DNA of 64,000 nt from an uncultured Gammaproteobacteria bacterium (lineage in GTDB: Bacteria > Patescibacteriota > Microgenomatia > Levybacterales > GWA1-39-11), in the NCBI GenBank assembly GCA_964448725.1, contig CAYVAJ010000005.1:2137-66136 (forward strand), read 5' to 3'. Under the pieces are notes generated by a model. It did not search any database and was not told the DNA's origin. It worked only from the letters and a program-made list of their open reading frames with translations. The translations under genes were made by a program, and so were the position numbers. Positions 50,439 to 58,938 of this stretch are shown piece after piece. The first letter of the stretch is position 1; each line of letters starts with the position of its first letter.

Positions 50439-50818
50439 TGAAGCCCTTTCTACTGATAATGTGCAAGCCAGTACTTCTGGCGTTAGTATTGTATCAAAAG
50501 AAAAACAAGCAAACAATATTATAGGATTTATTTTAATACTTTGACAAATTGCCTGATATTCTATACAATCTGCCTCTATTGTTGATATCATAGACATTCG
50601 GTAATTTTTTGCCGGTCTGCACTATTCGCAGATAGAACATTAACACATAATTGTACATACCTAACCAAGCAAGGGCGACAGGAGGTGAAGAAAATTTCTT
50701 CTCTTCCTTTGGTCCTTGCTTACTATGCTGCGAAAGCGGTAGTTCATCCCGATATCATGTCGGAATGGGGCGAAAAGCTGTAGGACACATTATTCCGCAC
50801 TCAAGGAAGGGTCATACA

Positions 50819-51250
50819 ATGGCTATTACTGCTGAAGATCTAGCTATCCAGCAACTCGAGAACGAAAGCCCGGCAGTAGGACAACGACCCAGAAGATTTA
50901 CCTATGATGAAGTAGATCTTGCTCGTGCGGTCTATGCCCACAATCATCGACATCCGGGCAACAAGCTTAGGAAAGAACTAGTCGAGTATGTCAGGGACCT
51001 GATCCTTGATGGGTGTGATGCCAAAGGGATTGTAAATGTGGATTCATTCACAGAGATCCAGATGGCATCAATGCTCTGTGATATCAGAGTGGTCACACAG
51101 ACGACTTCCGGTCATGCTGAATCCGTCCGGGCAATCATCGTGAATGAATGTGCGGACAACGATGTAGTGAGTGTTGCACATCTCTGTGCGGAACAGACAG
51201 TCCGCATGGTCGGCAATATTCAAGCAGAAGCAAGTATCGCCCATCGTTAG
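50819..51250 (+). CDS. hypothetical protein on the GC-rich islet, divergent from the NTPase-CYTH gene
   Basis: 143 aa from MAITAEDL, preceded by AAGGAAGGG Shine-Dalgarno sequence. About 48% GC. No family recognised. Confidence 0.45.
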   Translation: MAITAEDLAIQQLENESPAVGQRPRRFTYDEVDLARAVYAHNHRHPGNKLRKELVEYVRDLILDGCDAKGIVNVDSFTEIQMASMLCDIRVVTQTTSGHAESVRAIIVNECADNDVVSVAHLCAEQTVRMVGNIQAEASIAHR

Positions 51251-51442
51251 ATGCGCATGCATCAAGTTCATGGATTTTAGAGAGGATCGCCCCTTCTCTG
51301 AGATCCGCACGTACTTGTCTGTACAGTTGCCAATATAAGGCACCAATGGAAATAATAAATAGTGTATTTCACCCTTGTCCATCGCGGACATATATTGTGG
51401 GACACACGTATATCCTGCGGTGCCTTTTTTTATTCCTCTCCC

Positions 51443-51471
51443 TTGAATTGTTCACTCAAAACAAGTAGTAT
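51443..51471 (+). promoter_or_regulatory. candidate sigma70-type promoter (TTGAAT-17-TAGTAT) ending about 7 nt before the ATG, so a possible leaderless transcript
   Basis: cTTGAATtgttcactcaaaacaagTAGTATagagttcATG. Confidence 0.3.
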
Positions 51472-51478
51472 AGAGTTC

Positions 51479-52039
51479 ATGGCAAAAATAGACGAAAAAG
51501 ATCCAGCAAATGAAATATGTCCAAAATGTGGACAACCGCTTGGTGAAATAACTACTACAAAAACAGGCCGAAAACTCCAGCGTTGTTCCCGTGGCTCATG
51601 GGATCCAGAAGCTAAAAAAAATGTGGGATGTGAGTATGTAAAATGGTTAGAAATGGAACCACAGCAACTCGATGAAAAGTGTCCAAAATGCGGAGAGCCA
51701 CTAGTCATTGCATTTACTCGTTTTGGTAAAAAAATGAAGAAATGTTCTACAGGAGGTTGGGATCGCGAAGCTAAAAAAGCAACCGGGTGTGATTTTGTTG
51801 AATGGATTAACGGGACAACTGAACCACTTGATGAAATCTGTCCTGAATGCGGTGAAAAATTAATTCTCTTTACTACTGCAACAGGGAAAAAAATGAAGAA
51901 ATGTTCTACTGCTGGCTGGGACCGTGAAGCAAAAAAAGCAACTGGCTGTCCATATGTCTACTGGTTCAAGCCTGGTGAATATGAAAGTGTGTATGATAGT
52001 GGCGGAGAAGAATTTTTACCTCCTGAACCTGCTGAGTAA
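51479..52039 (+). CDS. stand-alone protein of three topoisomerase-I-type C4 zinc-ribbon repeats
   Basis: Three repeats of CP(K/E)CG(E/Q)(P/K)L...KKMKKCSTxGWDREAKKATGC..V.W. They resemble the Topo I C-terminal Zn-ribbon (CPxCG...G.F.GCS.YP.C). Confidence 0.6.
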   Translation: MAKIDEKDPANEICPKCGQPLGEITTTKTGRKLQRCSRGSWDPEAKKNVGCEYVKWLEMEPQQLDEKCPKCGEPLVIAFTRFGKKMKKCSTGGWDREAKKATGCDFVEWINGTTEPLDEICPECGEKLILFTTATGKKMKKCSTAGWDREAKKATGCPYVYWFKPGEYESVYDSGGEEFLPPEPAE

Positions 52040-52062
52040 TCTGCCACGCATATTTTTCCTTT

Positions 52063-53178
52063 TTACTTTCCATCTAGATTTACGCGATAAAATTCTACTG
52101 TCCTCTGCATTGCCCGCACAAAACTTTCTCCATCTATATTATGTCCTCCAGTCGGATATTCATGCAGCTCGTGTGTAATAGATGTTGTATCAAGTACTGA
52201 ATTCAGATTACGACTATACCCAATATTCACAACATCATCATTGACCGCATGATGTAACTGAATTGCCCCTTTCACATCAGATAAAAAGTTTGTTGGTACT
52301 ACCTGTCTCCAAAATTCACTCTTTGAATTATACGATCCATGCGTATCAAATAATACGTTACGCCTTCTTTGCCTCGGTGTGTTATCAGGTGGCCGCTGGT
52401 AACTCGAATCTTGGATACCAAACTCTTGCATGTCACTATAAGTATATACTGCCCCTGCCCAAACAACTATTGCAGGAATTTCAGGACGAGCTGCAATACT
52501 CCGAAGTGCGATATTTCCCGCCATACTATGCCCCCATATTCCAACTGCCCTAGGGTTTACCATATTTGAAACTTGTAGTGCTGCACGAGCATTCAGTGTA
52601 TCAATAACATAATCCGAAGCATAATATCCTCCACCAGCTTCACCCTCAGACTCTCCATGTCCACGTAAATCAATTTTAAAGACTACAAATCCGTTACGGG
52701 CAAGATAATCTACATAGTCACTATACTTCTCAAGCGTCTGATATTGAGCTGGAGGAATATATCCATGTACGAATACAATTGCTGGAAATCCTTGTGCTGG
52801 TACTTCTCCTGCAGGAATTGTAAGTAGACCATTAATTGTTAATCCGTCAGATTCGTATGAAGTGAGATATGCCGTATAATTAGGATGATCATAGGCAAAC
52901 TCACGATTCCCCAAGGTACTCGTATACTCGCGTTCTCGTAAATACGGAATCGTCAGTTCCTGAAAAGGCATTGGTGTAGGAGTTATTGCATCTTTTTCTG
53001 CAACAGAGATAACAGACGGGTTATTATTTCCGCTTGTATTGGTACTGATAAAATATGCCACTGATACTACCAAAAGGATACACAGCGAAACAACTCCTCT
53101 GCCCAACCACTTTCTTTTAGAATTTGATTCAACAACAGGTTCGCTTTCAAGTAATGATTCTTGAACAGTGTGATTCAT
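52063..53178 (-). CDS. membrane-anchored alpha/beta hydrolase (S9 peptidase-like catalytic domain)
   Basis: N-terminal TM. Nucleophile elbow GIWGHSMAG. A C-terminal Asp...His region (AVNDDVV, GGHN). Confidence 0.7.
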   Translation of the reverse strand: MNHTVQESLLESEPVVESNSKRKWLGRGVVSLCILLVVSVAYFISTNTSGNNNPSVISVAEKDAITPTPMPFQELTIPYLREREYTSTLGNREFAYDHPNYTAYLTSYESDGLTINGLLTIPAGEVPAQGFPAIVFVHGYIPPAQYQTLEKYSDYVDYLARNGFVVFKIDLRGHGESEGEAGGGYYASDYVIDTLNARAALQVSNMVNPRAVGIWGHSMAGNIALRSIAARPEIPAIVVWAGAVYTYSDMQEFGIQDSSYQRPPDNTPRQRRRNVLFDTHGSYNSKSEFWRQVVPTNFLSDVKGAIQLHHAVNDDVVNIGYSRNLNSVLDTTSITHELHEYPTGGHNIDGESFVRAMQRTVEFYRVNLDGK

Positions 53179-53415
53179 ATGATACGTATGGAGAACTAAG
53201 TTTACAACTATACCAAATAATTGTAAGAAGAACCGTATTGTTCTTGTTCAACCTTTGTAAATTTCATGAGAAATAGTATTGGTAAGATAATCGGATACAA
53301 TTGCGAAAATTATCCTGGCGGAATAATTCATTACACCTAAATTCACCCAATTATTGCATGAGGTCATCAATGATTTCAGAAAGTTTTCCGCCAGAATTTT
53401 TATGAATACGAGAAA

Positions 53416-53670
53416 TTATCGGTCTTCACGTGGTCGTGCAACTGATACTGCAATTGATCGTCCACCTACGTCTTTCCCATTCATTTCTTCAATAGCTTTT
53501 TGTGCCTGTGCATCATCTTCAAGTTCAACAAATCCAAATCCTTTACTTTGTCCGGTATTGCGATCAGTAATAACAACTGCGGAAACAACAGTTCCATATT
53601 CAGCGAAAAGATCAGTTAATTCCTGATTATTTACTGCGTATGGAAGTCCTCCTACAAATAGTTTTGTCAT
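53416..53670 (-). CDS. RRM-type RNA-binding protein
   Basis: RNP-2 (LFVGGL) and RNP-1 (KGFGFVEL). 84 aa. Confidence 0.85.
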   Translation of the reverse strand: MTKLFVGGLPYAVNNQELTDLFAEYGTVVSAVVITDRNTGQSKGFGFVELEDDAQAQKAIEEMNGKDVGGRSIAVSVARPREDR

Positions 53671-53896
53671 TTTTTTTCACCTCCCCTCCTGTCTGCAATA
53701 TAATGCAGACGAGCGCCCCTCGTAACCTCCTGTTGGATATAACGAAGTTGGGTTTCTTTGCGAATAGTAAAATAATTCAGAGTTCTCATTGAAGGCTCGG
53801 AGAGATAAGCCTCCAATTCCTGATAGTATTATAGCAATATTTATAAAAAAACAACGAAGAAAATTATATTTTAAAAAAGAATAAAAAGATATCATG

Positions 53897-54259
53897 TTAT
53901 GGGGATTTTGGCAAATGTTTTTTAATTTTTGCTACCATATCATTAATATCAAATGGCTTAATGAGAAAATCACTTACCTTTGTATCTTTTGCTATTTTCT
54001 CAATATCATGATTTGCTGAAAATAAAATAATAGGAATATGTTTTGTTATGGCATTTTCCAGCAATCCTTGTGCAATTTCTATCCCATTCGTTCCAGAAAG
54101 CCAAATATCGAGCAATATTAAGTCAGGAAGGTTATCATGAAGCTTTTTGACCATCTCACCATCTGAAGCAGTTACTACTTCGTATCCTTCATATTCAAGC
54201 AGCAATTTTGTTGAATCCAAAATTGCTTGATCATCATCTGCAATAAGTATCTTGGCCAT
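53897..54259 (-). CDS. stand-alone response regulator receiver domain
   Basis: ADDD...D(LILLDIWL)...K fold. No output domain. Confidence 0.8.
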   Translation of the reverse strand: MAKILIADDDQAILDSTKLLLEYEGYEVVTASDGEMVKKLHDNLPDLILLDIWLSGTNGIEIAQGLLENAITKHIPIILFSANHDIEKIAKDTKVSDFLIKPFDINDMVAKIKKHLPKSP

Positions 54260-54284
54260 AGTGTATTAAGTAAGTATACACAAA

Positions 54285-55385
54285 TTATTGCAAAATAATA
54301 TTTTTATCTTTTAATAAGATTAAGCTTTCATTCAGCATATCTTGTAAAATTCTTTCTTTGTCTTGAAGATTGGTAATAAATTGCGCCTGACCATAATCTA
54401 CAATTCTAATGGGAAGATATTCAGCGTCAATTAATGTATTATTATAAAAATAGTATTTCCCAATAACTCCCTCCTGTGTTTTTTGCGACCACATTTGGTC
54501 GAATATAAAATTCCCATGTGCATAAGTAATTAATGTATTGTTGTATATTTCAATTGGTTGAATCCAATGAGGATGATTCCCAATTATCAGATCTGCCCCT
54601 GCATCAACTGCAAGCTTCCCAAGTTCCCGCTGTCTGGTACTTGGCTGACTCACATACTCTACTCCCCAATGAAATTGGACAATAACTACATCGGCATTTT
54701 GCCGAGCATTCTGTATCTCATGTTGTAATATTTCTGTATCAGCACGTGACACCCCATCCTGCTGCTCAATATCATCGTATCCAAGAAACGCAAATGTCAC
54801 TCCTCGAACATCTATATATTGTGGATTATTTTTTACTCCAACAGTAGTAATCCCATGAGCATCAAGAAGTGACAACGTCTGATTAATACCAACTGTCCCA
54901 TGATTACCTGCATGGTTATTCCCCATATTTGCAACATCAACACCAGCAAAGGTCAACCCTTGAATATGGCGAGCATCACCGCAAAATATCATCCCTTCAT
55001 TTGTCACCGGACAATTCTCAAAAATAGGTGCTTCAAGATTTACAAAAGTTATATCAGCGTCTCGCAAATATTCAGCCGTTGGTTCAAACGCCCAATGAAA
55101 ATTATTGTACGTAATCGTTTTATAATTTACACTTCGGGCAGGAATAATGTCACCAGTCACAATCAATGTCCTGATTGATTCAGAAGGATACTGATGAGTA
55201 ATTGATGTGTCTGAATCAAAGAATTGTTCGAGTTTAAGATGTGCAACCGTAGGAGTCTGTATCTGTGCACGTGTAGGACTTGGAGGCTCATTAATAATTT
55301 CCTGTGGTGAAGCTGCAAGAAAATACCAGCCTACAGAGGCAACTATAAGGACGGAAAAGACAGTCAATAAAATCCAGTATCGCAT
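54285..55385 (-). CDS. CapA/PgsA-family metallophosphatase
   Basis: N-terminal TM. Calcineurin-like motifs (GDIIPAR, VNLEAP, GNNHAGNHG, GNHPH). Confidence 0.75.
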   Translation of the reverse strand: MRYWILLTVFSVLIVASVGWYFLAASPQEIINEPPSPTRAQIQTPTVAHLKLEQFFDSDTSITHQYPSESIRTLIVTGDIIPARSVNYKTITYNNFHWAFEPTAEYLRDADITFVNLEAPIFENCPVTNEGMIFCGDARHIQGLTFAGVDVANMGNNHAGNHGTVGINQTLSLLDAHGITTVGVKNNPQYIDVRGVTFAFLGYDDIEQQDGVSRADTEILQHEIQNARQNADVVIVQFHWGVEYVSQPSTRQRELGKLAVDAGADLIIGNHPHWIQPIEIYNNTLITYAHGNFIFDQMWSQKTQEGVIGKYYFYNNTLIDAEYLPIRIVDYGQAQFITNLQDKERILQDMLNESLILLKDKNIILQ

Positions 55386-55399
55386 GCCCTCATTATACG

Positions 55400-55930
55400 C
55401 TATTGTCTTACAATCTCTGCAATTGAATCTGCTATGACAACTGGCTTCCCTTCAAATACTCGAAAAGTTTCATCATCAAGATTAATACCTAATTCTTGCT
55501 CAATTTGGGCAATACGAAACTCTCGCACCACTCCAGACACCCGCACATCGTCATTTTGACTATAGAAAATCTCTCCAGGCCCACCACCGACTCCTACTAA
55601 TGCCTCACGGCTTATCACCAATAACATATCATCTACAAGCCCAACTGATTCAATAGTAATTCCTCGTGTACCGATATTCTGACCTACTTCTCCCCGGACA
55701 GAAATTGTCTTTCCATAGTAGTCATCAGGTTTATGTGCAACTTCTTCTAAATTCACATTTTGTCCACGCTCATCTCCAAATATTTCTACTTTATTAGCCT
55801 TTTGTTGCAGATCTCTGATTGATGAGCTATCTGAATTATAAAATGAAATCATGAGTAAAATTGTAAATACAATCAATAATCCGCCAAGTGCAACTCGTCC
55901 TAAAACTGTATTCTTCTGTTTATTCTTCAT
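55400..55930 (-). CDS. hypothetical membrane-anchored protein
   Basis: N-terminal TM. No family recognised. Confidence 0.35.
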   Translation of the reverse strand: MKNKQKNTVLGRVALGGLLIVFTILLMISFYNSDSSSIRDLQQKANKVEIFGDERGQNVNLEEVAHKPDDYYGKTISVRGEVGQNIGTRGITIESVGLVDDMLLVISREALVGVGGGPGEIFYSQNDDVRVSGVVREFRIAQIEQELGINLDDETFRVFEGKPVVIADSIAEIVRQ

Positions 55931-55997
55931 ACCCTGTACTATACGCAGACTGCATTAAAAATTAAGGAGATAATAGTAAGAATTAGACAAGAGGTTA

Positions 55998-56606
55998 TTA
56001 TTCTGAATCAGAAGCAATACTCTCTGCAATAGTAAAAAGAATTTTTTGCTGCACTTGGCCAGTATGAGGGGGAAGAATAAATAGAGATGTCAAGTCATTC
56101 AAATGAAACACAAAAAATGGCCCTATTTCCTCCATCTGAGTGATAGTATCCGTATACATATTCTTCTCTTCTTTCATTATCTGTATTCGTAGCCCTTTAA
56201 TACCGTTTATCGATTTAAAAGGTCTGATATCTACTGCATCAGTGCAGGTAATTGATATTCCAGGCCCATCGGCTGCACACATATTTTTAATCTGTCCAAG
56301 AGCAAACTCTTCAAAAGAATCCTGTTGAGTATTTTCAAGTACGCGTATTTCAGCTACTGAGAAAACTTCTTCCCCAGATACTGTAGCAATACTCATACTT
56401 TCAGGTGTATATGCAATTACGTCAAACTCCTGAGGATATGAAAATGAAAATTTGTGAGTTGAGTTCGTATATTGATCATATATAAGAGGCGATGATGGGT
56501 TATAAAGTCCTTTCTTCTGATAATCAATCTTTATGGTTTGAATAAAAAAATACCCAATAGTAAGAAGAACTATTCCGACAAAAAATGAAATTATTATTTT
56601 TTTCAT
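55998..56606 (-). CDS. hypothetical membrane-anchored protein (paralog of the next gene)
   Basis: N-terminal TM, then a domain that begins FSFSYPQEF. Confidence 0.4.
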   Translation of the reverse strand: MKKIIISFFVGIVLLTIGYFFIQTIKIDYQKKGLYNPSSPLIYDQYTNSTHKFSFSYPQEFDVIAYTPESMSIATVSGEEVFSVAEIRVLENTQQDSFEEFALGQIKNMCAADGPGISITCTDAVDIRPFKSINGIKGLRIQIMKEEKNMYTDTITQMEEIGPFFVFHLNDLTSLFILPPHTGQVQQKILFTIAESIASDSE

Positions 56607-56607
56607 A

Positions 56608-57279
56608 TTAGATAACTATCTGAAATGTCTGAAATATTTGGAGGACCAAGTCATGCAGCTCATCTTGCTGTTCTCCGGCACTAATCAATACCCGAGCACG
56701 TATTATTTGATCACCATTTTTGGTTGTCAAAGTTATGCTCATCATACCATCATTACGTATTGTTGATGCTTTTTTGTATATGGTATTTTTAATGCGAACA
56801 TTCTCACATGTTACTGTCTTTTGATTACAATCGACTAACTGCTCAAGCGAATAATTCCTTTCATTACTCGATATCACAAATTCAATCTCTACGCTATTTT
56901 CTGGCATACTCTTTTCACCATTGTTACGCTCAGATGTTTGTGTACTATCTGATACTGTATTGTTTTGTACCGTCCAACTTTGTAGTACTGTACCAAATGC
57001 ATTCCGATTATCACCTGCAGGCGTATTCATTATTTTCCACTCAGACGGATATTGAAATTGAAAGCTCCCGTCATGACTTTGAAAAGTACTACCATTTTCT
57101 ACTTCATCTGTCTGACCCCTCACAGAAAAACCCATAGCAGCACTTGGAGAAGCATTCTCTTTTGATACATGTTGATACTGCGGTTTGTCAGGAACCACCC
57201 GAAGAGCAATAGCAGTTACAGCCAAGATGGTCAAGATTACAAGGGAAATAACAAGTCTCACAAGTATAAAGAATACCAT
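56608..57279 (-). CDS. hypothetical membrane-anchored protein (paralog of the previous gene)
   Basis: N-terminal TM, then a domain that begins FQFQYPSEW. A 1-nt gap separates it from the downstream paralog. Confidence 0.4.
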   Translation of the reverse strand: MVFFILVRLVISLVILTILAVTAIALRVVPDKPQYQHVSKENASPSAAMGFSVRGQTDEVENGSTFQSHDGSFQFQYPSEWKIMNTPAGDNRNAFGTVLQSWTVQNNTVSDSTQTSERNNGEKSMPENSVEIEFVISSNERNYSLEQLVDCNQKTVTCENVRIKNTIYKKASTIRNDGMMSITLTTKNGDQIIRARVLISAGEQQDELHDLVLQIFQTFQIVI

Positions 57280-57341
57280 ACATTCTCATCATTTGCATTG
57301 AAAACATACTCATATTTACAAAAATCAGATATACTCACAAT

Positions 57342-57797
57342 ATGGCTCGAAAAAATAAAGTACTCATCCATGTACCTTATGTCCCCAGTACCTGGCATAA
57401 AATAAATGTCATGCTTGAACTAGCTGATCCACAGTTTAATGATAAAATGGCAGATTTAGGATCTGGAGATGGAAGAATTGTTATCTCATTTGCTAAAAAA
57501 GGGGTTGAGTCACATGGATATGAAATTAATAGTGAGTTAGCACTCCTTGCAGAAAGTAAAATTCTTGATGAAAATTTAGATGAGAAAGCATTCATCCACA
57601 TTGCTGACTTTTGGGAAGAAGATTTATCAGATTTTTCAATTGTTACTATTTATGGGATGACCAGTATCATGGAGCACTTAGAAAAAAAACTTAAAAGAGA
57701 ATTAAAATCAGGCTCAAGAGTTCTATCAGCAATTTTTCATTTTCCAAACTGGACTCCAATAAAACAAAAGGATAATGTATACCTTTATCAGATCTGA
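57342..57797 (+). CDS. class I SAM-dependent methyltransferase
   Basis: Motif I (MADLGSGDGRIVISFA) and acidic motif II. Confidence 0.7.
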   Translation: MARKNKVLIHVPYVPSTWHKINVMLELADPQFNDKMADLGSGDGRIVISFAKKGVESHGYEINSELALLAESKILDENLDEKAFIHIADFWEEDLSDFSIVTIYGMTSIMEHLEKKLKRELKSGSRVLSAIFHFPNWTPIKQKDNVYLYQI

Positions 57798-57830
57798 GAT
57801 TCTGTAACAAATACGGGTATTATTATTATT

Positions 57831-58001
57831 TTACTCATTAACAATTTTTTCAAATGGGATTGAATGTACTGGATCTTGTAAGTCATGTATATCACTATTC
57901 TCCCCTAATGGATATTGCTTATGAGCAAGGTCTTTATGTCCTTCCATTTCAAGCAAGTTTTTAAACTCTATTCCACAAACATTACAATAGTGACTTTCCA
58001 T
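57831..58001 (-). CDS. unannotated small ORF: 56-aa C2H2-type zinc-finger-like protein
   Basis: MESHYCNVCGIEFKNLLEMEGHKDLAHKQY... fits C-x2-C-x3-F-x5-hydrophobic-x2-H-x4-H. AAAGGGGGTG Shine-Dalgarno sequence 9 nt upstream of the ATG. Below the 60-aa cutoff of the ORF track. Confidence 0.45.
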   Translation of the reverse strand: MESHYCNVCGIEFKNLLEMEGHKDLAHKQYPLGENSDIHDLQDPVHSIPFEKIVNE

Positions 58002-58176
58002 ACAAATTTACACCCCCTTTATTCTTCGTAACTATATACTGAGATACATATCAACAGCCATTACATTAGGTACCCAAAACTCTCTATACCATAGAATATA
58101 TGTACACAAATGGCAACAAAAATAGGTAAGAATACTGAAATGAAATTAGAATATTCCCATGCTATACTGTACCTTC

Positions 58177-58938
58177 ATGAAAAAGTTGCTCCTTGTCTTC
58201 TTGATCAGTATATTGTCTATCGGAGCTGCTGTTATATTCTATTTACAATCACTCAACCAGATCATCACTCCCCAACCACAAAAAACTCCTAACACAATAT
58301 TTCCTAATATTGTTGAGCGATTTCCTGAATTACTTGAGTGGAAACGGCCAGATGGCCCACCAAAAGTTGCGCTACAAGTTGGCCACTGGAGGAATGATCA
58401 AGTACCTGAAGAATTGGATAGAATCAGAAATAATACTGGTGCTTCATGGGGAAATATCTCTGAGTGGGAGGTTAATTATGAGATAGCTACTCGAGCTGAA
58501 AAGATTCTTGAACAAGAAGGTATACAAGTAGAACTATTGCCTGCAACAATTCCCCCCTCATACTGGGCAGATGCATTTGTAGCAATTCATGCAGATGGTA
58601 ATACCGATACAAACAAGTCAGGCTTTAAAGTTGCTGCACCACGCCGCGACTATTCTGGAAAATCAAATATGCTTGCGTCATATATTGAAAAAGAATACAA
58701 AGCAGTAACTGATATGAAAATTGATCCTATCATTACCCGTAATATGACCGGTTACTATGCATTCTCTTGGTGGCGATTTGATCATGCAATACACCCAATG
58801 ACTGCTGGAATAATTTTAGAAACAGGATTTCTAACTAGTTTCACTGATAGATTAACTATTCTTGATAACCCTGATGCTTCAGCACAAGGTCTTGCATCGG
58901 GGATTATTGAATATTTGAAAGCTGAAAAATTAATTTAA
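58177..58938 (+). CDS. N-acetylmuramoyl-L-alanine amidase (Amidase_3 family)
   Basis: Signal peptide from MKKLLLVFL. VAIHADGN and GIILETGFLT motifs of the Amidase_3 Zn site. TATACT -10 upstream. Confidence 0.7.
   Translation: MKKLLLVFLISILSIGAAVIFYLQSLNQIITPQPQKTPNTIFPNIVERFPELLEWKRPDGPPKVALQVGHWRNDQVPEELDRIRNNTGASWGNISEWEVNYEIATRAEKILEQEGIQVELLPATIPPSYWADAFVAIHADGNTDTNKSGFKVAAPRRDYSGKSNMLASYIEKEYKAVTDMKIDPIITRNMTGYYAFSWWRFDHAIHPMTAGIILETGFLTSFTDRLTILDNPDASAQGLASGIIEYLKAEKLI

Noticed and set aside
49370-50544. Multiple alternative-frame ORFs in the GC-rich islet (49370-49909, 49536-49859, 49585-50022, 49964-50188, 50055-50348, 50293-50544)
   Set aside because: High GC removes stop codons in all frames. 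Only the 49374-50438 frame yields recognisable Walker A plus CYTH domains.
50597-50651. N-terminal extensions of the islet genes as drawn in the ORF track (NTPase-CYTH from 50597; partner from 50651)
   Set aside because: The extensions cross into AT-rich non-island sequence and precede good Shine-Dalgarno/ATG combinations at 50438 and 50819.
53677-53895. 72-aa ORF upstream of the RRM gene
   Set aside because: It overlaps the RRM leader, hairpin and Shine-Dalgarno sequence, and its translation is not protein-like.
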